64,000 bases of DNA from Escherichia coli (GTDB lineage Bacteria > Pseudomonadota > Gammaproteobacteria > Enterobacterales > Enterobacteriaceae). The position numbers were made by a program, and so were the translations under genes. The stretch lies in assembly GCF_044324875.1 (NCBI RefSeq), contig NZ_CP172185.1, one strand, 5' to 3'. The notes under the pieces were generated by a model. It was not told where the DNA came from. It searched no databases and was given only the letters and a program-made list of their open reading frames with translations. This document shows, one piece after another, positions 1 to 12,794 of the stretch (position 1 is the first letter of the stretch; each line of letters begins with the position of its first letter).

Positions 1-404
1 CTCAGGCAATTATTGAGCTGAATCAGGCCGATCTCGACCCGCATGCGTTAGCGCGTGAAAAAACAGAAGCAGTAAGAAGTATGCTGCTGGATAGTGTCGA
101 GCCGCTTCCTCTTGTTGAAGTGGTGAAAAGTTGGCATGGTCGTCGCCCAATGGCTGTAGGAACGGGGAGTGAAAGCGTCATCGCTGAGGCATTGTTGGCG
201 CACCTGGGATTACGCCGTTATTTTGACGCTGTCGTCGCTGCTGATCACGTCAAACACCATAAACCCGCGCCAGACACATTTTTGTTGTGCGCGCAGCGTA
301 TGGGCGTGCAACCGACACAGTGTGTGGTCTTTGAAGATGCCGATTTCGGTATTCAGGCGGCCCGTGCAGCAGGCATGGACGCTGTGGATGTTCGCTTGCT
401 GTGA
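1..404 (+). CDS. yqaB: HAD-family sugar phosphatase (fructose-1-phosphate phosphatase YqaB), 5' end truncated by window edge
   Basis: Open frame runs from the window start (frame of position 3) into ORF 81..404; C-terminal HAD motifs (HKPAPD, VVFEDADFGIQAARAAGM); position upstream of yqaA-gshA as in K-12. Confidence 0.8.
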   Translation, partial: QAIIELNQADLDPHALAREKTEAVRSMLLDSVEPLPLVEVVKSWHGRRPMAVGTGSESVIAEALLAHLGLRRYFDAVVAADHVKHHKPAPDTFLLCAQRMGVQPTQCVVFEDADFGIQAARAAGMDAVDVRLL

Positions 405-829
405 GTGAAGCGTTATCGCTTTTCTCGTTGTTTGCCAGTAGTTTTCTCAGCGCTACACTATTACCCGGCAACTCCGAAGTCGTGCTGGTGGCAATGTTGC
501 TTTCCGGGATCAGTCATCCCTGGGTTTTAGTTTTAACAGCAACAATGGGTAATAGCCTTGGAGGGTTAACTAACGTTATCCTTGGGCGTTTCTTTCCACT
601 GCGTAAAACATCGCGCTGGCAAGAGAAAGCTACCGGCTGGCTGAAACGCTATGGTGCAGTCACACTATTATTAAGCTGGATGCCCGTGGTTGGCGATTTA
701 CTGTGTCTCTTAGCGGGATGGATGCGCATCTCCTGGGGGCCGGTAATCTTTTTTTTGTGCCTTGGTAAAGCGTTACGCTATGTTGCAGTTGCAGCAGCGA
801 CCGTTCAGGGCATGATGTGGTGGCACTAA
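401..829 (+). CDS. yqaA: DedA/SNARE-associated family inner membrane protein YqaA
   Basis: 142-aa hydrophobic ORF, 4-nt overlap with yqaB stop, conserved position before gshA. Confidence 0.85.
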   Translation: MSEALSLFSLFASSFLSATLLPGNSEVVLVAMLLSGISHPWVLVLTATMGNSLGGLTNVILGRFFPLRKTSRWQEKATGWLKRYGAVTLLLSWMPVVGDLLCLLAGWMRISWGPVIFFLCLGKALRYVAVAAATVQGMMWWH

Positions 830-874
830 TTGTAGGCCTGCACATATGGTCACCATTACAGTTATGCTAATTAA

Positions 875-2458
<1,584 letters not shown>

Positions 2459-2466
2459 CAGAAAAG

Positions 2467-2539
2467 AAAAAGGCCACTCGTGAGTGGCCAAAATTTCATC
2501 TCTGAATTCAGGGATGATGATAACAAATGCGCGTCTTTC
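2467..2539 (-). ncRNA. micA: MicA (SraD) Hfq-dependent small RNA
   Basis: Minus-strand sequence reads GAAAGACGCGCATTTGTTATCATCATCCCTGAATTCAGAGATGAAATTTTGGCCACTCACGAGTGGCCTTTTT, matching MicA as remembered, including the terminal GGCCACTCACGAGTGGCC hairpin plus U-run; lies in the gshA-luxS spacer, antisense to both. Confidence 0.85.
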
Positions 2540-2607
2540 ATATACTCAGACTCGCCTGGGAAGAAAGAGTTCAGAAAATTTTTAAAAAAATTACCGGAGG
2601 TGGCTAA

Positions 2608-3123
2608 ATGCCGTTGTTAGATAGCTTCACAGTCGATCATACCCGGATGGAAGCGCCTGCAGTTCGGGTGGCGAAAACAATGAACACCCCGCATGGCGAC
2701 GCAATCACCGTGTTCGATCTGCGCTTCTGCGTGCCGAACAAAGAAGTGATGCCAGAAAGAGGGATCCATACCCTGGAGCACCTGTTTGCTGGTTTTATGC
2801 GTAACCATCTTAACGGTAATGGTGTAGAGATTATCGATATCTCGCCAATGGGCTGCCGCACCGGTTTTTATATGAGTCTGATTGGTACGCCAGATGAGCA
2901 GCGTGTTGCTGATGCCTGGAAAGCGGCAATGGAAGACGTGCTGAAAGTGCAGGATCAGAATCAGATCCCGGAACTGAACGTCTACCAGTGTGGCACTTAC
3001 CAGATGCACTCGTTGCAGGAAGCGCAGGATATTGCGCGTAGCATTCTGGAACGTGACGTGCGCATCAACAGCAACGAAGAGCTGGCGCTGCCGAAAGAGA
3101 AGTTGCAGGAACTGCACATTTAG
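2608..3123 (+). CDS. luxS: S-ribosylhomocysteine lyase (autoinducer-2 synthase)
   Basis: 171-aa ORF with the HTLEH metal-binding motif and GCRTGFY; recognised as LuxS. Confidence 0.97.
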
Positions 3124-3150
3124 TCAGTAAACTATCTTCACAATTAATTG

Positions 3151-3178
3151 AAAAAAGCCAGTTCAAATGAACTGGCTT
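3151..3178 (-). terminator. Intrinsic terminator downstream of emrB (shared luxS/emrB convergent spacer)
   Basis: Inverted repeat AAGCCAGTTCA..TGAACTGGCTT with a plus-strand A-run (T-run on the minus strand) at 3151-3156. Confidence 0.5.
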
Positions 3179-3186
3179 AGTTGTAC

Positions 3187-4734
3187 TTAGTGCGCACCAC
3201 CTCCGCCGCCACCTGCGCCAAATGGCGGTTTAGCAAACCACACCAGCCCCAGCAGGACGAGGAATATCCCGGCTGACATCCAGAAGATCTCATTGGCGGA
3301 AATAATCAGCCCCTGATTGGTGATCTGCTGGGCAATCCAGCCTGATGCCTGCTGTTGCGTCATCCCAAGCCCTTCCAGTTGACTATACATCGCCTGGGCA
3401 TTCGGGTTGAACGGGTTTACCGACTCAGTCAACTGCGCATGGTGCATCGACTCGCGGTTGGTCCACATGGTGGTGGTAATGGATGTGCCGATAGACCCCG
3501 CCAGCGTTCGCGTAAAGTTAGAGAGGCTCGATGCCGCCGCCAGTCGTTCCGGTGGCAAACCAGACAGCGTAATGGTGGTCAGCGGCATAAAGAAGCAGGC
3601 CACCGCAAACCCCTGGATAAACTGCGGCCAGGCCGACGCGCCAAAATCCATACCCGGTTCAAAGGTATAGGCACGCCAGTAGAAGCAGACGGCATACATA
3701 ATAAAGCTGAAGGTTACCAGCCGCCGCATATCCAGTTTATGCGCGAAGCGGCCGATAATCGGCGACAGGATCACCGGAATAATTCCTACCGGCGCAGAGG
3801 CCAGACCTGCCCACGTTGCCGTGTAACCGTAGACCTCCTGCAACAACTGCGGCAGCAGAACAATAGCGCCGAAGTAGAGCATATACGCGAGGCTGATACA
3901 CAAACAGCCGATGGTGAAGTTGCGCGACTTAAACAACGACAGATCGACTATCGGGTTATCGTCGGTCAGCTCCCAGACAATCAGGAAGCAGATAGCCACC
4001 ACTGCCACCACGGTAAGGATGATAATTTCCTGTGATGAAAACCAGTCCAGCTCTTTACCGCGGTCGAGCATAATCTGCAGGCTACCGATACCAATAACCA
4101 GCAGTGCCAGCCCCACGGCATCAATCCGCCGCCGTTCGGTGCGGGTTTCACGTCCGCGCAGGGTTTGCAGTGTCATCAACACCACCGCCACGCCAATCGG
4201 TACGTTGATGAAGAATATCCAGCCCCAGTGGTAATTGTCACTGATATACCCGCCGAGGATCGGGCCGCAAATTGGCGCAACAATCACCGTCATCGACCAC
4301 AACGCCAGCGCGATCGAGCGTTTGGCTGGCGGGTAGTTATTCAGCAATAGACTTTGCGAAAGCGGAATTAACGGCCCGGCGACAATCCCCTGAATCACGC
4401 GGAAGAAGATCAGCATATTCAGGCTGCTGGAGACACCACACGCCCACGACGCAATAGCAAAGGCGATGGTGGACCAGAGGAACAATTTCACTTCCCCGAC
4501 GCGCTTTGCCAGCCAGCCGGTAAGCGGGATCGAGATGGCATTCGCCACCCCGAAAGAAGTGATTACCCACGTTCCCTGGCTGAGCGATGAGCCCAGATTC
4601 CCGGCGATAGTGGGGATCGCCACGTTAGCAATGGTGGAGTCCAGCACCTGCATGAATGTCGCCAGTGACAGCGCAATCGTCATAATGACCAGTTGCGCGC
4701 CTTCCAGCGGTTTTTGCTGTTGCATCACACGCAC
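3187..4734 (-). CDS. emrB: Multidrug efflux MFS transporter EmrB (14-TMS DHA2 family)
   Basis: 515-aa hydrophobic ORF recognised as EmrB, immediately downstream of emrA. Confidence 0.93.
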   Translation of the reverse strand: MRVMQQQKPLEGAQLVIMTIALSLATFMQVLDSTIANVAIPTIAGNLGSSLSQGTWVITSFGVANAISIPLTGWLAKRVGEVKLFLWSTIAFAIASWACGVSSSLNMLIFFRVIQGIVAGPLIPLSQSLLLNNYPPAKRSIALALWSMTVIVAPICGPILGGYISDNYHWGWIFFINVPIGVAVVLMTLQTLRGRETRTERRRIDAVGLALLVIGIGSLQIMLDRGKELDWFSSQEIIILTVVAVVAICFLIVWELTDDNPIVDLSLFKSRNFTIGCLCISLAYMLYFGAIVLLPQLLQEVYGYTATWAGLASAPVGIIPVILSPIIGRFAHKLDMRRLVTFSFIMYAVCFYWRAYTFEPGMDFGASAWPQFIQGFAVACFFMPLTTITLSGLPPERLAAASSLSNFTRTLAGSIGTSITTTMWTNRESMHHAQLTESVNPFNPNAQAMYSQLEGLGMTQQQASGWIAQQITNQGLIISANEIFWMSAGIFLVLLGLVWFAKPPFGAGGGGGGAH

Positions 4735-4741
4735 CTCTGGA

Positions 4742-5914
4742 TTAGCCAGCGTTAGCTTTTACGATATCGTCGATCAGTTTATTGACAGGTGCCAGGCTGA
4801 TTTCACGCGCGGTGCTTACCGCTACCGGTGTGGAACGTACTTTATTTGCCAGTACCTGACCGTCACGGTTAGTGGTATTGACGCTCACCAGCGTGGACAA
4901 ACCGATACGCAGCGGGTATTGCTCGAGCTGTTTCTGGTCCAGTTCAATACGAACAGGCAGACGCTGAACGACTTTGATCCAGTTACCGGTAGCATTTTGC
5001 GCCGGAAGCAGTGAGAACGCGCTACCTGTGCCCATATCCAGACCAACCACTTTACCGGTGTATTTCACATCATCGCCGTAAATATCGGTGGTGATAGTGA
5101 CCGGCTGACCGATACGCATATTGGCAATCTGCGTCTCTTTAAAGTTGGCATCCACCCACATATTGGTGGCTGGAACGACTGCCATTAGCGGCGTCGTTGG
5201 GCTAATTTGCGCCCCAGGCTGTACTGCTCGGCGGGAGACATAACCAGTCATCGGGCTGACAATACGGGTACGCTCCAGTGCCAGCCAGGCGTTACGTACT
5301 TCGGTGGCAGCCTGTTGCACGGCAGGCTGATCTTCCAGCTTAGTTTCCAGAATCATCGCCTGATTGGCATTGTATTGTTGAATAGCGACGTCTAGTTGCG
5401 CCTGGGCACTGGTGACGGCGTCGCGGGCGTGTTGCAGCTCTTCGCGACCAATCAGGTTGGCATTGCCCAGCGGCACACGGCGGTTGTAGTCGCTTTGTGC
5501 TTTCGCGAGGGCGATTTTCTGCACCTCAATATTCGCCTGCAACTGCTTGCTGTTAATCATCAGCTGGTGGGTTTGGCGAACGCTGGAAGCCAGTGCAGTT
5601 TTGGCTTTTTCAAACGCCTGGCGAGCATCTGTCGGGTCGAGAGTGACCAGAACATCGCCTTCTTTTACAAAATCGGTGTTATCGGCCCAGACTTTCGTCA
5701 CGCTGCCAGACACCTGAGACATAATTTGAATCTGATTCCCTGCCACGTATGCGTCATCGGTTTCTTCGAAATGACGCAGTACCAAAAACCAATAAATCCC
5801 TATCGCTACGGCAATAATTATAAAGAGCAAGGTGAGAAGGAGGAGCAGACGCTTACGTTTGCCGCTCTTCTTTACCGGTTGCTGCGGGGTTTGAGTCTCC
5901 GCATTTGCGCTCAT
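4742..5914 (-). CDS. emrA: Multidrug efflux periplasmic adaptor EmrA
   Basis: ORF 4742..5926; start moved to the internal Met giving MSANAETQTPQQPVKK... (390 aa), with one TM helix then coiled-coil adaptor region. Confidence 0.93.
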   Translation of the reverse strand: MSANAETQTPQQPVKKSGKRKRLLLLLTLLFIIIAVAIGIYWFLVLRHFEETDDAYVAGNQIQIMSQVSGSVTKVWADNTDFVKEGDVLVTLDPTDARQAFEKAKTALASSVRQTHQLMINSKQLQANIEVQKIALAKAQSDYNRRVPLGNANLIGREELQHARDAVTSAQAQLDVAIQQYNANQAMILETKLEDQPAVQQAATEVRNAWLALERTRIVSPMTGYVSRRAVQPGAQISPTTPLMAVVPATNMWVDANFKETQIANMRIGQPVTITTDIYGDDVKYTGKVVGLDMGTGSAFSLLPAQNATGNWIKVVQRLPVRIELDQKQLEQYPLRIGLSTLVSVNTTNRDGQVLANKVRSTPVAVSTAREISLAPVNKLIDDIVKANAG

Positions 5915-6040
5915 ATTGTTCTCCACGATCTTCTTAACTCATCGGCTGAGCCGACCTGCTTGCCAAAAAGGCCAGCATGTTGCGATGCTGGCCGGTCATT
6001 TTTTCTTTTATAAATCTGGATTTTTGAGCGAGATGACGCG

Positions 6041-6571
6041 TTAGCTCATCGCTTCGAGAACCACACCGTCTTGTTCCATCTGGTCGAGACGGGAGAGCAA
6101 TTTGCGGGTGATTTGCTCGAGCTGATCTTTTTCTGTTGTGCTGAGCGCGGACCAGAGTTGATGCAGGCAGTTATGCTGCGGTGGTAAAACCTCGCGCAAA
6201 AACTCGTGACCTTTTTCCGTTAATTGCAGATGCAGGCAGCGGCGATCGTTATCGCTTTCACGACGTTCGATCCAACCGCGTTTTTCCAGTTCATCGGCAA
6301 TACGCGTCGCGTTGGTACGGGATGATCCAAGAGCACAACTCAATTCAGAAGGCTGAATACTGTGGTTTTCCTGAGACTCCAGCGTAATCAACGCCATAAA
6401 CAACGTCTCGTTAATCCCCTGAGCCTTCAGCATTTTATTGCGGTTCTCCAGCAGCTTGCTTTGCATGTGCATGCAAAGACGAGTCAGAAGGATCTCCTGA
6501 TAAGGAAAATCTTCGTGGCGGCTGGCGCGAAATTTTAGCATTTGTTCAATGGGCGTAAACGAACTATCCAT
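6041..6571 (-). CDS. mprA: MarR-family repressor MprA (EmrR)
   Basis: 176-aa ORF upstream of emrAB in the same orientation; MarR-like winged helix region. Confidence 0.93.
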
Positions 6572-6661
6572 TTGGGTATGACCTCATTAATTTCAGCCGA
6601 TATAGTAACGACAGTGACAAATAAAGTAAATGTATTGTTTTAGAAAAATGATTCTTGTGGG

Positions 6662-6997
6662 TTATATAATCGCCATCACTTTCCAGGCGAGCCCGTAGGC
6701 CAGCGCACTAAGCAGTGTTGGGATGATAATGCTGCGTGTTTTATAGAAACTGGCACCCAGTACCGCGAAGCCGACCAGCGTGGGCACGAAACGGCGTGTA
6801 TCGTGCATCACTTCTGGTGCGGTAGAGACAACCAGCAGAGCGCATATCGAGGCGATGCCAATGGTGTCGAGCAATATGCCTATCGCGCCACGTTTGGTTG
6901 GGCGGGCATTACCCACACGCAGGCGCAGCGGCAAATAGCGGAAGCAATAATTCGCCGCGCCAACCAGTAACCCAAGCAGCAGAACCTCATAGCTCAT
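6662..6997 (-). CDS. ygaH: AzlD-like branched-chain amino acid exporter small subunit
   Basis: 111-aa hydrophobic ORF overlapping the ygaZ stop by 11 nt. Confidence 0.85.
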   Translation of the reverse strand: MSYEVLLLGLLVGAANYCFRYLPLRLRVGNARPTKRGAIGILLDTIGIASICALLVVSTAPEVMHDTRRFVPTLVGFAVLGASFYKTRSIIIPTLLSALAYGLAWKVMAII

Positions 6998-7724
6998 CGG
7001 GCGCTCCTTGCCAGAATGCCTGGATTAACGCAGTGAGGCAGCCACAGACAATGCCTGCCAGAATGGCGACGGGAATAGAAAATAGCGTTACGCCTGCAAG
7101 GGCACCAACTAACGCTGCGGTAACGCAAAGAGATTGTTTGCGCTGGAAAGAGGCGAGCAGGAAACTCATAAAGAGTGCCGGAAGCATAAAACCTAATGCT
7201 GCTTCAACGGCGGGATATCCTTGCAGCAAGCCGCTGCCGGAGAATGCCCCTATTACCGTACCAAATACCCACGATGACCATGAACTGAAGGCAATGCCGA
7301 TCATCCAGTTCTCGCTCCAGCGGCGATTATTGCGTACCAGTTTTGCGGTTGCGGCGGCAAAAACCTCATCCGTCAGGCCAAATGCCCACAGGGCGGTTTT
7401 CGATTTTTGCAGACGCTGAATAATACGGCTACGCAGTGACGGGCCATACAAAACATGGCGAACATCCATTGCCATGACGGTCAGTGCAGCAACCCACAAA
7501 CTACTCCCGGCTGCCAGCATCGCGGTAATGACGAACTGGCTCGCGCCTGCATAAATGATGCAGGAGAAAAAAACGCTTTCGAGAGGAGAGAATCCCAGAC
7601 GGGTCGCATTCAGACCGAACGCAAAGGCCACCGGAATATAACTAATAACAATCGGTAAACTGTCTTTGCATCCTTCCATGAAGGTCGCCGAACCAGGAGC
7701 AGGCTGTGGAGTAGGGCTTTCCAT
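6987..7724 (-). CDS. ygaZ: AzlC-like exporter large subunit
   Basis: 245-aa polytopic membrane ORF paired with ygaH. Confidence 0.85.
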   Translation of the reverse strand: MESPTPQPAPGSATFMEGCKDSLPIVISYIPVAFAFGLNATRLGFSPLESVFFSCIIYAGASQFVITAMLAAGSSLWVAALTVMAMDVRHVLYGPSLRSRIIQRLQKSKTALWAFGLTDEVFAAATAKLVRNNRRWSENWMIGIAFSSWSSWVFGTVIGAFSGSGLLQGYPAVEAALGFMLPALFMSFLLASFQRKQSLCVTAALVGALAGVTLFSIPVAILAGIVCGCLTALIQAFWQGAPDEL

Positions 7725-7847
7725 AGAGTGTACGCTTAACGATTGTTAATATGATAAATAGACTGAATGAATATCTTAACCTTATCAGACTGATGGGCTT
7801 CTTAACACCCTTATAAGTGTAAAGCCACGAAAACGGTTGCTGATTGC

Positions 7848-9032
7848 TTAATTTGCAGCTTCCTGACGATGAAAACCTCGCCACCAGACCAGTAAGTTAA
7901 CCAGGGCAATCGTCGCGCCAGCCAGACAAACGCCAGCCCAACCGCCATGTTGCCAGGCTGAGGCTGAAATTAGCGAACCGGCGGCACCGCCAATAAAGTA
8001 GCTGGTCATGTAACCTGCGGTCAGGCGATTACGCGCATCAGGGTGTATTCGATAAATTACCGTCTGGTTAGTGATATGCACGCCCTGCACGGTGAGATCC
8101 AGCACCAGGATGCCGATAATCAAGGCCAGTACGGAAGTGTGGCCAAACCAGATCGCCAGCCATGAAAGTAATAGCAGCAGCAGACCGAAAGTAGTGGTGT
8201 GGTGCGATTTACCCTTATCGGCAAAACCGCCCGCCGGACGAGCACCCAACGCTCCGGCAGCTCCCGCAAGTCCAAACAGACCAATTACACCATCGCTGTA
8301 GTTAAAAGGTGGAGCGGCAAGCAAAAAGGCCATTGAGGTCCAGAGAATGCTGAAGTTGGCAAAGGTGAGGCAGCCCAGCAACGCACGGGTGCGCAGGATC
8401 TTATCGCTGATAAACATGCTGAAAACGGAACCCAACAACTGTGGGTAGTTGAGGTGGGTTTCTGATTTCATTTGTGGCAGACCACGCCATAATGCCAGCG
8501 CCATCAGTGCCATTAACACCGAGGCAACCCAAAAGACGGTGCGCCAGCCGCCGAGGTTTGCCAACAATCCGGCAACGGTCCGTGCGAGTAAGATCCCCAG
8601 CAGCAGGCCGCTCATAATGGTGCCAACCACTTTGCCGCGTTTGTCCGGTGAAGCCAGCGTCGCTGCCAGCGGAACCAGAATTTGTGCCACGACCGAGAAT
8701 AAACCGGTTAATGCCGTACCGAGGATCATCATCGCCAGCGACTGACTGCTGGCAGTGATTAACATTCCACCGGCTGCCAGTAAGGTCATGGTGACAATCA
8801 GGCGGCGGCGTTCAAACATATCACCGAGAGGAACAAGAAATAGCAGACCAGCGGCATAGCCTAATTGCGCGGCGGTAACAATAAAGCCTGCCGAACTGGC
8901 GGAAAGGGAAAAGTTACGCGCGATGGTGTCGAGCAACGGCTGGGCGTAATAGTTACTGGCTACCGCCAGACCGGTGGCGATAGACATCAGCACGATCAGC
9001 GCCGGGCTAAGCTCATGATTAGGTTTAGTCAT
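7848..9032 (-). CDS. ygaY: MFS transporter, intact (YgaY-like)
   Basis: 394-aa ORF with about 12 hydrophobic segments, between proX and ygaZ; uninterrupted here. Confidence 0.8.
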   Translation of the reverse strand: MTKPNHELSPALIVLMSIATGLAVASNYYAQPLLDTIARNFSLSASSAGFIVTAAQLGYAAGLLFLVPLGDMFERRRLIVTMTLLAAGGMLITASSQSLAMMILGTALTGLFSVVAQILVPLAATLASPDKRGKVVGTIMSGLLLGILLARTVAGLLANLGGWRTVFWVASVLMALMALALWRGLPQMKSETHLNYPQLLGSVFSMFISDKILRTRALLGCLTFANFSILWTSMAFLLAAPPFNYSDGVIGLFGLAGAAGALGARPAGGFADKGKSHHTTTFGLLLLLLSWLAIWFGHTSVLALIIGILVLDLTVQGVHITNQTVIYRIHPDARNRLTAGYMTSYFIGGAAGSLISASAWQHGGWAGVCLAGATIALVNLLVWWRGFHRQEAAN

Positions 9033-9484
9033 TATTTTTGTTCATCAGGTGATGATTAAGCTGGAAATCAATAATAGCGGATGTTGATGAATGTGGGGCG
9101 AAAGATAGATTGTTAAAATGTGCGGGTAATGGGGAGAGGGTATTTGAAGGTGAAATATGCCACTAAGGCAAATGTTACGTTCACTTCCAGACTATAGCTA
9201 CTTTGTCACTATTTTGCTGGTGAACGTGCCAGGGTGGCTCAGTCGCCACCACCCTGGCGACCCAGGCTTTTGGCACAAAATCGCCGCTACGCGGTACATT
9301 CGACTTATTTCTTACGGCTATCGGGTACGGGCGCGAGGTAACATCCCTGTAAGACGCGCCCTCGCCGCGCATCCCTGCGCGTCGCCCCGGCCTTCAGAAA
9401 ACGTCTCATCGATTTTCAGCCGGATTAAAACCATCGCTGCAATTGTTTTACTCACATGAGCATTATCTGCGCGGTTATCAATAT

Positions 9485-10477
9485 TTACTTCTGCGCTGCC
9501 AGCGCCTCATTCACCCAGCCATCGAACTGCTGCTGGTGGGCTTTGATCCAGCCATCAACGTGGCCCTGAATATCGCCTTCTGAGGCTTTGCCGTCATGCA
9601 TAATGGCGTTCTGGGCGTTAATATCTGCCACTGGTAACTGCATAATGGCAAACAGTTTCGCTGCTGCCGGGTTTTTCTCGGCCCAGGCTTTGTTGGCAAC
9701 GATATGCATGGTACTGACCGGGAAGCCGTAATTCGCGCCATTCGGCAGTTTGGTATCGGCATTTTTATCGCCCGGCAGTGCGGAGAACGGCACCTGCAAC
9801 CAGACCACATCTTTCCCCGGTTTCAGTTCGTTACTCACCCAGTACGGCGTCCAGGTGTAGTAAAACACCGGCTTACCCTCTTTGTAACGACTGATGGTGT
9901 CAGCCATCATCGCTGCGTAGTTCCCCTGATTATGCGTCACGGTATTGGTCAGTCCATACGCGGCAAGCTGGTGGTTGATCGCACCTTCGCAGCCCCAGCC
10001 AGGGTTACAGCCAGTCAAATCCGCTTTACCGTCGCCGTTGGTATCGAACAGTTTGGCGATCTTCGGATCTTTCAGTTGCGCGATGTTGGTGATTTTGTAC
10101 TGGTCGGCAGTTTTCTTATCGATCAGGTAACCCTGTGCCGCGCCGTTAACAAATACTCCTTCACGATAAAATTTCTTATCGCCACCGGCAGCTTCGTACA
10201 TGTTGTCATGCAGTGGCGTCCAGTTCACTGCGGTGAAGGTTGCATCGCCGGAAGCAAGCGAGGTGTAGCCAACGTTGTAATCCACTTCGCTGGGTTTATT
10301 GACGGTATAACCTAATTTCTCCAGCGCGCGGCTGACCAGCAGCGTCTGGAAAGTTTCTTCGGTGATGGTGCTCTGAACCGGATTAACAGTAATGCCTTTG
10401 CCCGGCAGGTCGGCAGCAAAAGTTTGTGTAGAGATAAGCGTGGCAAACGCTGTCGCAAAAAGTACGCTATGTCGCAT
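9485..10477 (-). CDS. proX: Glycine betaine/proline ABC transporter periplasmic binding protein
   Basis: ORF 9485..10519; start set at [21 protein letters not shown] (signal peptide), 330 aa; recognised as ProX. Confidence 0.93.
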   Translation of the reverse strand: MRHSVLFATAFATLISTQTFAADLPGKGITVNPVQSTITEETFQTLLVSRALEKLGYTVNKPSEVDYNVGYTSLASGDATFTAVNWTPLHDNMYEAAGGDKKFYREGVFVNGAAQGYLIDKKTADQYKITNIAQLKDPKIAKLFDTNGDGKADLTGCNPGWGCEGAINHQLAAYGLTNTVTHNQGNYAAMMADTISRYKEGKPVFYYTWTPYWVSNELKPGKDVVWLQVPFSALPGDKNADTKLPNGANYGFPVSTMHIVANKAWAEKNPAAAKLFAIMQLPVADINAQNAIMHDGKASEGDIQGHVDGWIKAHQQQFDGWVNEALAAQK

Positions 10478-10534
10478 TGTTATTCCTTTTTTTGGCAGGG
10501 TGATAATGCCCGGCGTCACCGGGCAAGTGCAGAG

Positions 10535-11599
10535 TTACTTAATGAATGGGCGGGTCAGCAGACCGACAGGGCCAGTGGTGTACCAGCGACGGTTGCCGCG
10601 ACTGCGTGAGTCGCGCCCAACGGCCTGCGTCAGGCGGTCGAGGATAATGGCGAGGATCACAATCCCGACGCCGCCAACGGTGGCAAGCCCCATATCCAGA
10701 CGACCGATACCGCGAAGCACCATCTGACCCAGCCCGCCGACGGCAATCATCGAGGCGATGACCACCATAGAAAGGGCCAGCATCAGCGTCTGGTTAACGC
10801 CCGCCATAATGGTTGGCATCGCCAGTGGTAACTGAACTTTGAACAGCATCTGGCGCGGGCTGGCACCGAATGAGCGCGAGGCTTCAATCAGATCCGCCGG
10901 AACCTGGTTAATTCCCAGAATCGTCAGACGGATAATCGGCGGCAGCGCAAAGATGATCGTCACCACCACGCCCGGCACGTTACCGATACCAAACAGCATG
11001 ACGATTGGCACCAGATAAACAAACGCGGGCGTGGTCTGCATGGCATCAAGCAGTGGACGAATAATTTTCGCCGCTCGCGGACTTCTCGCCAGCCAGATCC
11101 CCAACGGCAAACCTATGACGATACAGAACAGCAGGGCTGTTAACACCAGCGCCAGGGTAACCATTGCCTGTGACCAGGCACCGATTGCGCCGATGGCAAT
11201 CAGCGAAACCAGCGTCGCCACGCCCATTCCGACCCCGGAAATCTGCCAGGCGATGAGAGCGAAAACGATAATCGCCACTGGCGCTGGCATACCCAGCAGC
11301 AATTGCTGGAAACCGTTGAGGATATAATCAACCGGAACGCGCACGCCCTGGAAGACGGGACGGAAATGGGTAACGACCCAGTCGATCCCTTCAGTGACCC
11401 AACTGTCGAGCGGGATCAGCGTTTTATGGAACGGATCGAGAATATTAAAATGCTCGACGTTTGGCGCAGGCGTACTGGTCAGCCAGTCAGCACCACCGCC
11501 GTCAGTCGGTGCAGCAGCCGGTGTACCCCAGGCGTCTGCGGACTGTGCGGCACTGTCCGCCGCTGGCGTGGTATCCCACGGATTATTTTGATCAGCCAT
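10535..11599 (-). CDS. proW: Glycine betaine/proline ABC transporter permease
   Basis: 354-aa ORF with N-terminal periplasmic extension and ABC permease core; overlaps the proV stop. Confidence 0.93.
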   Translation of the reverse strand: MADQNNPWDTTPAADSAAQSADAWGTPAAAPTDGGGADWLTSTPAPNVEHFNILDPFHKTLIPLDSWVTEGIDWVVTHFRPVFQGVRVPVDYILNGFQQLLLGMPAPVAIIVFALIAWQISGVGMGVATLVSLIAIGAIGAWSQAMVTLALVLTALLFCIVIGLPLGIWLARSPRAAKIIRPLLDAMQTTPAFVYLVPIVMLFGIGNVPGVVVTIIFALPPIIRLTILGINQVPADLIEASRSFGASPRQMLFKVQLPLAMPTIMAGVNQTLMLALSMVVIASMIAVGGLGQMVLRGIGRLDMGLATVGGVGIVILAIILDRLTQAVGRDSRSRGNRRWYTTGPVGLLTRPFIK

Positions 11600-12794
11600 T
11601 ATTTACCCCCTCACGATCTAAAGCGCGCAGCAGCATTCCTTTCGAAATGATGCCGACATACTGTTGGTCCTCGTCGACCACGGGCACCGCACAGGGGGCC
11701 TGTCCGACATGAGAGAGCAACTCGCTAAGAGGCGTTTGTGCATCGACCGCTAACGGCGCATCAATCAGCGCCGCATCAAGACCTTGCTGCTGCGTTAACG
11801 CGGTTTTAAGCGAATCGATAGACACTGCGCCGACAAACTTATTACCGCGTTCGATGACGTAGCCATATTCGCGATCTTCATCCTGCAATAATTTCAATGC
11901 CGAACGCGGGCCGAAGCCGGGGGTTTTACGGATTAAGCCGTTCGGTGTCCGGCGAGCAATATCTTTCGCACTGAATACCTGACTAATATCGACGCCACGG
12001 AAGAAGGTACGGACATAATCATTCGCCGGATTATTGAGAATTTCATCCGGTGTGCCGACCTGTACCACTTCACCATTTTGCATAATGGCAATTCGGTCGC
12101 CAATACGCATAGCTTCATCGAGATCGTGGGAAATAAAGACAATTGTGCGCTGATGTTTCGCCTGTAATTTTACCAGCTCATCCTGCATCTCGGTGCGAAT
12201 TAATGGATCGAGTGCTGAGAAGGCTTCGTCCATTAATAATATATCCGGATTAATCGCTAACGCGCGGGCTAATCCCACACGTTGACGCATCCCGCCAGAG
12301 AGTTCATCCGGGTAGCTGTGGGCATAATTTTCCAGCCCGACCTGACGCAGTGCATCAAGGGCTTTTTCCCGGCGTTCTTCGGCATTAATTCCGGCCAATT
12401 CCATACCGAATGCAGTATTGTCCAGCACGGTCATATGCGGCATTAAGGCAAAGGACTGGAAGACCATCGCAATCTTTTTTCTGCGCACCTCACGGAGTTC
12501 GGCGTCGGATATTTTGGCAATATCCACACCATCAATCAGCACTTGCCCGCGGGTGGGTTCAATCAGGCGATTGAGAAGGCGTACCATTGTGGATTTACCC
12601 GAACCGGATAATCCCATGATGACAAATATCTCGCCTTCTTCAATGGCCAGACTGGCGTCTTTTACGCCAAGCGATAGCCCAGTTTTTTCCAGAATTTGTT
12701 CTTTTGAAAGTCCTTGTTCGATATATTTGAAAGCTCGCTGTGGATGCTCACCAAATATTTTATAAAGATTTTTAATTTCTAATTTAATTGCCAT
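11592..12794 (-). CDS. proV: Glycine betaine/proline ABC transporter ATPase with C-terminal CBS domains
   Basis: 400-aa ORF with Walker [13 protein letters not shown] signature LSGGMRQR and Walker [13 protein letters not shown]. Confidence 0.95.
   Translation of the reverse strand: MAIKLEIKNLYKIFGEHPQRAFKYIEQGLSKEQILEKTGLSLGVKDASLAIEEGEIFVIMGLSGSGKSTMVRLLNRLIEPTRGQVLIDGVDIAKISDAELREVRRKKIAMVFQSFALMPHMTVLDNTAFGMELAGINAEERREKALDALRQVGLENYAHSYPDELSGGMRQRVGLARALAINPDILLMDEAFSALDPLIRTEMQDELVKLQAKHQRTIVFISHDLDEAMRIGDRIAIMQNGEVVQVGTPDEILNNPANDYVRTFFRGVDISQVFSAKDIARRTPNGLIRKTPGFGPRSALKLLQDEDREYGYVIERGNKFVGAVSIDSLKTALTQQQGLDAALIDAPLAVDAQTPLSELLSHVGQAPCAVPVVDEDQQYVGIISKGMLLRALDREGVNNG

Noticed and set aside
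3355-4035. 226-aa Arg-rich plus-strand ORF
   Set aside because: Lies entirely antisense within emrB; composition typical of a GC-rich antisense frame.
9157-9459. 100-aa plus-strand ORF in the proX-ygaY spacer
   Set aside because: Spans GC-rich palindromic repeats, has no RBS and an Arg-rich product; more likely structured non-coding DNA.
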